From: Cyclobacteriaceae bacterium
GTDB taxonomy: Bacteria; Bacteroidota; Bacteroidia; Cytophagales; Cyclobacteriaceae
Direction: 5' to 3'
NCBI GenBank assembly: GCA_965229785.1
Contig: CBDDJS010000001.1
Coordinates: 7,744,677 to 7,808,676 of the forward strand
Length of the DNA stretch: 64,000 nucleotides
Positions 57,865 through 64,000 of the stretch are shown one piece after another. Every line of letters starts with the position of its first letter. Within the stretch, counting starts at the first letter, position 1. The translations under genes and the position numbers were made by a program. Under the pieces are notes generated by a model that ran no database searches, was not told where the DNA came from, and saw only the letters and a list, made by a program, of their open reading frames with translations.

Positions 57865-58116
57865 ATGGCAGTATCTGTTGAAAAAATCGAACAAGCTTGT
57901 GTTGACGCAAAGGATAAGTTGACAAAGTTGAACATTGAAGAGCAACTAGTTGGAGAACTAGAATGGTGCTTGGGTAGCTACGCAAATGATGGCAATCCTT
58001 CAGGATTAGTATTGAAAGGAAAAGAAGCGCTTACTGCTTTGGAAAATTTCAAGAAAGACAACCCAAGAAAAGTAGCCAAGAAATTCATCGACGACTTGGA
58101 AAAAGCATTCGCTTAA
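57865..58116 (+). CDS. small hypothetical protein (83 aa)
   Basis: MAVSVEKIEQACVDAKDKL... is a helical, charged sequence followed by a strong intrinsic terminator, which supports expression. No family recognised. Confidence 0.5.
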   Translation: MAVSVEKIEQACVDAKDKLTKLNIEEQLVGELEWCLGSYANDGNPSGLVLKGKEALTALENFKKDNPRKVAKKFIDDLEKAFA

Positions 58117-58140
58117 TTTTTATAATTATAGTCGATAAGA

Positions 58141-58176
58141 ATCCCGGGTACTGCAATGTGTCCGGGATTTTTTTTG
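58141..58176 (+). terminator. intrinsic terminator
   Basis: ATCCCGG-14 nt loop-CCGGGAT followed by TTTTTTTTG. Confidence 0.7.
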
Positions 58177-58195
58177 TGTCCTAAAAGCTCAAATT

Positions 58196-58249
58196 CCCTT
58201 ACAATCAACCTCGTGTTGCTTTGAAGTAACACGAGGTTGATTGTAAGGG
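58196..58249. repeat. 22 bp perfect inverted repeat (long hairpin)
   Basis: CCCTTACAATCAACCTCGTGTT (58196-58217), a 10 nt loop, then AACACGAGGTTGATTGTAAGGG (58228-58249). It lies between convergent genes, directly after a conventional terminator. Confidence 0.85.
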
Positions 58250-58337
58250 AATGACGAGTCTGGGGAAAAACACTTACCCTAAACCGAACCAGAGAACCTG
58301 TTCCTTGCCTTCTGGTATAAAGGGCTATGATGATTCT

Positions 58338-60566
58338 CTAAATATTCAACCAATAGGAAAGTTTCACGACCAGTGCTCGATTACGGGGAGTGAGCGTGAA
58401 TCGGTCCTGAATGGGATTCTCGAAATCATCTCCTGCAGTAAAGTAATTGTCCGTGTAAACGATGAACAAGTCCGATACGGGCGCAAATCTCCATTGCAGC
58501 CGCGTATTGATATTCATATTGTCCCGCTGATTATTGTACTGCACAAATGTCGTAATGAACAGATTAGTACTTAAGGTTAGATCAACCCTGGGACTGATCA
58601 GGAAGAAATCGGTGCTATTGAAAGGTTGTGGGAAGTCAAGGCGATTGTATTCCACGCGCATTTCCATCACCAGGAAAGGCTGATATCTGAAATTAATAAC
58701 CGAGGCCAATCGCAGACGCGTCCCATTGAAAAACCCTCCATACGTTACTCGACCTCTGAAATTGAAAAGCTTGCGATTATCGGAGAAGTAAGCCAGACTG
58801 ACATTCGTCCAACTGTACAATTCCCCAGCCGGAAGTTCTGCTCCGTCACTATTAGTCGGGTCAAAACCATCCAGTAGTTGGACCTCATTGTATGAACTTC
58901 TGAAATTTATCCCCGAATTATTGAGGAAATTCAGGTCATATTCCAGTTGAGCTTCAAGATCAAGGTTGTTGAAATTGTCGTCAGCGGTCCTGGTGAAGTT
59001 AAATCCGGGGCCATGTCGCTGGATGATGCCCTCAGGCCAGAAGGTATAACCTGCACCGGAACCAAAACGCATCACTTCATTGCGAGGCACGAATCCAACT
59101 TCTGCATTGTAGCCTTCCCCGACGAATGCATGAAATCCGAATACATTGATGTTTCGGGTTTGATATCCTAGAAATCCACCGTGCGCCCATGCATTATTTG
59201 CCTTTTCAGGATCCTCGGAGCGATGATAAAAGAAGTTCCCTTCCCATCGGTTGTCCAGAGACGCCAGGTTGTAATCGACGCCATACACGCGATTGAAGCG
59301 AGTGGTGTTGAGCGTGGTATCGTTTGGATCAAAGTTAGTGGCCTGCCTGTTGACAAAAACAGCGCCAATATTAGACCTGCCAGATATCTGTCTTTGAAAC
59401 ACTCCCACGGAATAGTTTTGTCCAGGCTGCTGAATTCGGTCATCGGCTCCAGTTTGCATGTTGAGTAGTCCTACACGCCAGTCTCTGCCAATCTTTCCAC
59501 TCAATCTGGCACCCGCTCTTATGGGAACCTGGACCGTATTACCATCACCATCTGTAGCTATTCCGATCCTTCTGCTAAAGAATGGTCGTGCCACAGGAAA
59601 GCCATTTCGAGCAAACAAGTCCTGATTTTCTAAAAAGAACTGTCTTCGCTCAGGGAAGAATATTTCAAATCGATCCAGATTGGTGACTTGTCGGTCTACC
59701 TCTACCTGGGAGAAATCGGGATTTACCGTTATGTCAAGGTTGAGGGAGTTGGTTAGCCCTATTTTGGCGTCAAAACCAACATCACTGGTCGTGGATACGT
59801 CTGTGCCTTCTTCAAAATCTTTAGAAAGTCCGCCGGTGATATAAGGAATAAACGAGATGTTAGTCCCGGCCTCAGGAGGAGGGGTGTCCCAGTTCATTCG
59901 ACCGGTATACAACAAATCGGAGGCACGATACTGTTGAGGTACGCTCACCCAGGTTGATCGTTCATTCTCCTGACGGTTGTTTCTGATGATCTGCAAGCCC
60001 CAGTTGGGGACACTATTGTATCTAATGGATTTGAAAGGAATTGCCATCTCTGCGGTCCATTTATCATTTTCAATGGTTGCCGCAGAGTACCATTTATTGT
60101 CCCAGTCGTCAGAGACCTCTCCGCCAAGGGTAACCAGACCTTCACGCTGGACATTGTAAGGAGTTACCTGAAAGGTGAATCCGTTGGTCTTGTCATTGAA
60201 TGGGTCAAAATAAACACTGACATTGTCATTTTGTTGCCAGGAGAAATCTCTTCTCAGGGATTGAGCGATAGGACGACCATTACTTTGCTGATAGCAAACC
60301 AGAGCGATGTAGATGAATTGATCATTGTAGGTGATCTTGAATTCAGTGTCCTTTTCTGCAGGGCGATTATCGGCAGGGAAGTTTTGTGTAAACTGGCTGC
60401 CCGTTGGCGTTTGATCCCATACAGCCTCGTCAAGACGGCCGTCTAATACGATTTCGGCATTCGTCTTTCTTACTTCATAGGAAGCAGATTCCGGTAAGTT
60501 TTGCGCGTATGTACCGCTTGCCAAACACAATAGGCCTAACAGGAGCAGGGGTAATACTCTCGTCAC
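58338..60566 (-). CDS. DUF5916 / carbohydrate-binding family 9-like outer-membrane-associated protein
   Basis: 742 aa with a signal peptide. An N-terminal IVLDGRLDEAVWDQ CBM9-like block is followed by a long beta-rich region typical of DUF5916 proteins. Confidence 0.7.
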   Translation of the reverse strand: MTRVLPLLLLGLLCLASGTYAQNLPESASYEVRKTNAEIVLDGRLDEAVWDQTPTGSQFTQNFPADNRPAEKDTEFKITYNDQFIYIALVCYQQSNGRPIAQSLRRDFSWQQNDNVSVYFDPFNDKTNGFTFQVTPYNVQREGLVTLGGEVSDDWDNKWYSAATIENDKWTAEMAIPFKSIRYNSVPNWGLQIIRNNRQENERSTWVSVPQQYRASDLLYTGRMNWDTPPPEAGTNISFIPYITGGLSKDFEEGTDVSTTSDVGFDAKIGLTNSLNLDITVNPDFSQVEVDRQVTNLDRFEIFFPERRQFFLENQDLFARNGFPVARPFFSRRIGIATDGDGNTVQVPIRAGARLSGKIGRDWRVGLLNMQTGADDRIQQPGQNYSVGVFQRQISGRSNIGAVFVNRQATNFDPNDTTLNTTRFNRVYGVDYNLASLDNRWEGNFFYHRSEDPEKANNAWAHGGFLGYQTRNINVFGFHAFVGEGYNAEVGFVPRNEVMRFGSGAGYTFWPEGIIQRHGPGFNFTRTADDNFNNLDLEAQLEYDLNFLNNSGINFRSSYNEVQLLDGFDPTNSDGAELPAGELYSWTNVSLAYFSDNRKLFNFRGRVTYGGFFNGTRLRLASVINFRYQPFLVMEMRVEYNRLDFPQPFNSTDFFLISPRVDLTLSTNLFITTFVQYNNQRDNMNINTRLQWRFAPVSDLFIVYTDNYFTAGDDFENPIQDRFTLTPRNRALVVKLSYWLNI

Positions 60567-60603
60567 AGGTGAAAATAAGTTGGGTGCTGGGTGTTTAACT
60601 AAC

Positions 60604-61023
60604 TTAATCCGCTTTTCGTTTCATCGGGATCAAATGACTGTCAGCTATCGACCTTAAGTAGGCAGGATTGGTATTGATGTCCGGATCAGAATAGATGTAA
60701 GCAGATAAGTCAGCAATTACTCCCGGTTTGTAACCAAGCTTGTAAGCAACTTTCTCGCAGAACTCGATTTCCGTCTGGTAAATTTTGCCGTCTACCTTCA
60801 TCAATTGGATGATGTGGAACAAGTAAGAGAACTTCTCATCAGGTGGAAGATCTTTTAAATTTTTGATTGGCTTAGGGTTATCAATGATATTTTCAATTTG
60901 ATCGGTGGTGAGTCCACCTCTTTCCCCTATCCGGTGAATAAGTTCACTTTCTTCTTCTGCGACAAACTTGTCTGCTTTCGAAAGGTGAACTAACAAACTA
61001 ACTTGGTCCTCGATTGGTAACAT
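60604..61023 (-). CDS. TerB-like (tellurite-resistance TerB family) protein
   Basis: 139 aa. It consists of two helical repeats with an A-D-x-x-V-x-x-E-E pattern (LSKADKFVAEEESELI; MKVDGKIYQTEIEF). Confidence 0.55.
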   Translation of the reverse strand: MLPIEDQVSLLVHLSKADKFVAEEESELIHRIGERGGLTTDQIENIIDNPKPIKNLKDLPPDEKFSYLFHIIQLMKVDGKIYQTEIEFCEKVAYKLGYKPGVIADLSAYIYSDPDINTNPAYLRSIADSHLIPMKRKAD

Positions 61024-61196
61024 CGCTACAAATTAAAGTATAGAATGGTAACGAAAAAAATAGCAATACTGCATTTTTTTAATTCCCTTTTCTCAAACGT
61101 AGTATATAGGGGTAAATGTTCCGTAAAATGCATTTGTAAAAAAAATCACAATTCGGCTTTGAAATTTCGTTTGACCCAAACTACTTTAGCGGCGTA

Positions 61197-61256
61197 ATGA
61201 AAATGACACAAAGAACATATTGGTGGTGGTACAGCGATAATAATTTATCTCTGTGA
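61197..61256 (+). CDS. trpL: trp operon leader peptide (19 aa, three consecutive Trp codons)
   Basis: ATG AAA ATG ACA CAA AGA ACA TAT TGG TGG TGG TAC AGC GAT AAT AAT TTA TCT CTG TGA translates to MKMTQRTYWWWYSDNNLSL. It lies 67 nt upstream of trpE and is followed by a terminator. Confidence 0.75.
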   Translation: MKMTQRTYWWWYSDNNLSL

Positions 61257-61284
61257 GCTGCTGATATGTCCAAAAAAATATAAA

Positions 61285-61314
61285 AGCCTGCTGTTCACAG
61301 CGGGCTTTTTTTTT
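61285..61314 (+). terminator. attenuator terminator upstream of trpE
   Basis: AGCCTGCTG (61285-61293), TTCA loop, then CAGCGGGCT (61298-61306): a 9 bp stem with one G-U pair, followed by a run of T to 61314. It ends 9 nt before the trpE ATG. Confidence 0.8.
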
Positions 61315-61323
61315 GATCCAACT

Positions 61324-62736
61324 ATGCAAAAATTTAAAATATCCATTCGAAAAAAGAAGCTACTGGCGGATACCATAACCCCCGTAGCGATCTATCTAAA
61401 GATTCGGGACAGGTTTGCCAATTCATTCCTACTCGAAAGTTCCGATTATCACGGAGAGGAGGATAGTTATTCGTATATCTGTTGTGCACCCATGGCTTCT
61501 TTTGAAGTGAATGGTGGCAAAGCCTCGGTCAGTTTACCTGATGGTCAGCAGGTACAAAAGGAAATTGGACCAGAGCTTAATGCTGTCGGTCATTTAAGGA
61601 ATTTTATCAATGCCTTCGACGCGCCGGATACACAAGCTAAACACATTGAAAATGGCCTCTTTGGTTACATGGGATATGATGCGGTCCAGTATTTCGAGGA
61701 CATTGACTTGTCAGGAAAAGATACCCTGGATATTCCAGAGATCAGGTACCATTTTTTCAAATATGTGATCGCTCTGGACCACTTCAAGAACGAGTGTTTT
61801 ATCATTGAAAACTATCTGGAAACGCCTAATGATGAAGAATTCAATGAAATTTCAGACCTGATCCATCAGCGAAACATTCCTTCATTTGATTTTCAAAGGG
61901 TAGGAGAAGCATCATCCAACCTGACTGATGCCGAGTTTCTGGAAAATGTGAAAAGCGGCATACATCACTGCGATATTGGCGATGTATTTCAGGTGGTATT
62001 CTCCAGGCGGTTTTCCACTGATTTTCAAGGGGACGAATTTCAGGTTTATCGAACGTTGCGATCGATCAACCCTTCACCCTACCTTTTTTACTTTGATTAC
62101 GGCAGTTATAAAATATTTGGATCCTCTCCGGAGGCACAGATCGTGGTAAAAGATCGGGAAGCCATCATTTACCCTATCGCAGGAACTTTCCGACGGACCG
62201 GAGATGATCAGGCAGATGCTGAATTAGCCAAAAAACTACTCGCAGATGAAAAAGAAAATTCGGAACACATTATGCTTGTAGATCTGGCACGGAATGATCT
62301 AAGCAAAAGTTCCGATGAAGTAAAAGTGGAAACCTACAAGGAGATACAATATTATTCTCATGTAATCCACCTCGTATCCAAGGTAACAGGCCAGTTAAGG
62401 GCCGATGCTGATCCCTTGGAAATTGTTGCTTCAACCTTTCCGGCAGGAACCTTGTCGGGTGCTCCCAAACACATGGCCATGCAACTCATCGATCAGTTCG
62501 AGAACAAATCTCGTGGATTTTATGGCGGAGCGATCGGTTTCATGGACTTCAAAGGCAACTTCAATCACGCGATCATGATCCGCACCTTCCTGAGTCAGGC
62601 CAACCAGTTGATCTGTCAGGCAGGTGCGGGTATCGTTTCCAAATCCAACCCGGAAAGCGAAGTGCAGGAAGTGTACAATAAACTGGCCGCGCTTCAAACA
62701 GCCATGGAAGAAGCAGAAAAACTTACAGCAAGATGA
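61324..62736 (+). CDS. trpE: anthranilate synthase component I
   Basis: 470 aa. LLESS near the N-terminus, IAGTFRR, GTLSGAPK and GGAIGF blocks. Confidence 0.95.
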   Translation: MQKFKISIRKKKLLADTITPVAIYLKIRDRFANSFLLESSDYHGEEDSYSYICCAPMASFEVNGGKASVSLPDGQQVQKEIGPELNAVGHLRNFINAFDAPDTQAKHIENGLFGYMGYDAVQYFEDIDLSGKDTLDIPEIRYHFFKYVIALDHFKNECFIIENYLETPNDEEFNEISDLIHQRNIPSFDFQRVGEASSNLTDAEFLENVKSGIHHCDIGDVFQVVFSRRFSTDFQGDEFQVYRTLRSINPSPYLFYFDYGSYKIFGSSPEAQIVVKDREAIIYPIAGTFRRTGDDQADAELAKKLLADEKENSEHIMLVDLARNDLSKSSDEVKVETYKEIQYYSHVIHLVSKVTGQLRADADPLEIVASTFPAGTLSGAPKHMAMQLIDQFENKSRGFYGGAIGFMDFKGNFNHAIMIRTFLSQANQLICQAGAGIVSKSNPESEVQEVYNKLAALQTAMEEAEKLTAR

Positions 62737-63311
62737 AGCGAGTTCTGGTTTTAGATAATTACGATTCCTTCACCTACAATCTGGTGCACATCCTTAGAGA
62801 ATTGGGATTAAGTGACCTGATGGAGGTACATCGAAATGATAAGATCTCACTCGACGAAGTGGACAAATTCGATGATATTTTATTGTCTCCGGGTCCAGGA
62901 GTACCCAAAGATGCGGGGATCATGCCCGAGCTCATCAAGCGCTACGCTCCAACAAAGAATATCCTTGGTGTTTGCCTTGGGCATCAGGCTATTGGAGAGG
63001 CCTTTGGTGCATCACTTTACAATCTGCCTCTGGTTTATCACGGCGTGACCACCGAAGTGGAAGTGGATTCGGAAGTAGATGTGCTATTTGAAGATATTCC
63101 CGAAAAATTTACGGTTTGCAGGTACCATTCATGGGTGGTGAAGCCAGAGAGTTTACCGACTGAGTTAAAGATTACTGTCCGGGGAGAAGAAGGACGAATC
63201 ATGGGATTGGCCCATAAACAATATCGGGTACGTGGCGTGCAATTTCACCCTGAGTCCATTATGACCGAGCACGGAAAAAAAATGATTGAAAACTGGTTGA
63301 ACCAAAGCTGA
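62733..63311 (+). CDS. trpG: anthranilate synthase component II (glutamine amidotransferase)
   Basis: 192 aa. LDNYDSFTYNL, LGVCLGHQA (catalytic Cys) and QFHPES. It overlaps trpE by 4 nt. Confidence 0.9.
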   Translation: MKRVLVLDNYDSFTYNLVHILRELGLSDLMEVHRNDKISLDEVDKFDDILLSPGPGVPKDAGIMPELIKRYAPTKNILGVCLGHQAIGEAFGASLYNLPLVYHGVTTEVEVDSEVDVLFEDIPEKFTVCRYHSWVVKPESLPTELKITVRGEEGRIMGLAHKQYRVRGVQFHPESIMTEHGKKMIENWLNQS

Positions 63312-63312
63312 A

Positions 63313-64000
63313 ATGAAGGCAATACTCAATAAATTATTCAGGCACCAGTCTCTTGACAAACAAGAGGCCAAGGAAGTGCTCTCAAACCTCGCTTCCGGAA
63401 AGTATAACAACAGTCAGATGGCAGCCTTTTTGACGGTGTATTTGATGCGTAGCATTACGGTAGATGAATTAGAAGGGTTCCGAAATGCGATGTTGGAGCT
63501 ATGTGTCAGGGTTCCGTTGGATGACTTCAATACGATTGATTTATGTGGAACCGGTGGAGATGGGAAAGATACTTTTAACATTTCGACACTATCTTCCTTT
63601 GTCACGGCAGGTGCTGGCCAGCATGTAACTAAGCATGGTAATTATGGCGTGTCCAGCAAGTGTGGTTCATCCAACTTATTGGAATCCTTTGGTTGCAAAT
63701 TCGGCAACGATCAGGATGTCATCAAAAGAAGTTTAGATCAATCCGGGATTTGCTTCTTACATGCACCCATGTTTCATCCGGCCATGAAAAATGTAGGTCC
63801 GGTGCGTAAGGAATTGGGCGTGAAAACCTTTTTCAATATGCTGGGGCCTATGGTGAATCCTGCATTTCCACAGAATCAGTTAGTAGGAGTGTTTAGTCTC
63901 GAATTGGCCAGATTATACGGCTACCTGTATCAGAAAGGTGAGGCCAACTTCATGATCGTCCATGCGCTGGATGGTTATGATGAAATTTCTCTCACCGGCG
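63313..64000 (+). CDS. trpD: anthranilate phosphoribosyltransferase, partial (runs off the window end)
   Basis: My own translation from the ATG at 63313 gives MKAILNKLFRHQSLDKQEAKEVL...DLCGTGGDGKDTFNISTLSSFV...KHGNYGVSSKCGSSN...LGPMVNP, open to base 64000. It starts 1 nt after the trpG stop. Confidence 0.9.
   Translation, partial: MKAILNKLFRHQSLDKQEAKEVLSNLASGKYNNSQMAAFLTVYLMRSITVDELEGFRNAMLELCVRVPLDDFNTIDLCGTGGDGKDTFNISTLSSFVTAGAGQHVTKHGNYGVSSKCGSSNLLESFGCKFGNDQDVIKRSLDQSGICFLHAPMFHPAMKNVGPVRKELGVKTFFNMLGPMVNPAFPQNQLVGVFSLELARLYGYLYQKGEANFMIVHALDGYDEISLTG

Noticed and set aside
1-64000. Genomic island, prophage or mobile element content.
   Set aside because: I saw no integrase, transposase, recombinase or phage structural genes, no flanking tRNA, and no obvious long direct repeats. 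Composition looks uniform by eye. GC skew and k-mer analysis were not computed and would be needed to exclude an old island.

Overview
This 64 kb window looks like ordinary chromosomal DNA from a Bacteroidota genome, probably Cytophagales- or Flavobacteriia-like. The lineage call rests on T9SS type A and type B C-terminal sorting domains, a PorP/SprF gene, a DUF3276 PUR-like protein and a PadR plus giant FtsX-permease cassette. I count about 58 protein-coding genes at high coding density. I recognised no rRNA, tRNA, CRISPR array, transposase, integrase or prophage genes.

Gene content in order:
- 1-4.4 kb: a partial SGNH-like hydrolase, an S9 peptidase fused to an FGE/SUMF1 domain, and an alpha/beta hydrolase.
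- 4.8-8.2 kb: a PspA-like/TerD/TerD stress operon, followed by a DUF2235 (Tle1-like) lipase-fold gene.
- 8.4-12.9 kb: small detoxification-type genes (VOC, SRPBCC, HxlR, two hydrolases, a beta-lactamase-fold protein, an isochorismatase).
- 12.9-18.5 kb: PadR plus two tandem about 870 aa FtsX-type permease paralogs.
- 18.9-23.5 kb: a secreted hypothetical protein, GT4, a quinone oxidoreductase, an orphan DUF58 gene and a PUR-like protein.
- 23.6-26.6 kb: a membrane-anchored hypothetical protein, an AAA+ ATPase, a protein of unknown function and a DUF4157 HExxH protein.
- 26.7-30.5 kb: DUF819, pgk, tsaC/sua5 and a possible small membrane protein.
- 30.5-37.5 kb: two small hypothetical genes, a 1567 aa T9SS type B adhesin and a divergent PorP/SprF gene.
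- 37.5-38.5 kb: a 940 bp gene-free gap.
- 38.5-41.8 kb: FGE, PhzF and two beta-barrel genes.
- 41.8-47.3 kb: a DUF1800/DUF1501/beta-barrel/lipoprotein operon.
- 47.5-54.7 kb: a GxQxGxxN-repeat surface protein, an orphan PAS histidine kinase, a membrane protein of unknown function and a LytS/LytTR pair.
- 54.8-61 kb: a MoxR(CoxD-like)/VWA(CoxE-like) pair, a beta-barrel gene, a small hypothetical gene, a DUF5916/CBM9 protein and TerB.
- 61.2-64 kb: the start of a trpE-trpG-trpD operon preceded by a WWW leader peptide and an intrinsic terminator.

The observations most worth follow-up are:
- the orphan AAA+/DUF4157 module;
- the trp attenuator;
- the DUF1501 protein carrying both a Tat signal and a T9SS sorting domain;
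- the Ter/PspA plus DUF2235 neighbourhood;
- the structured 940 bp gap.

None of these can be called a new system from sequence alone. All functional calls come from motif recognition by eye, with no database search.
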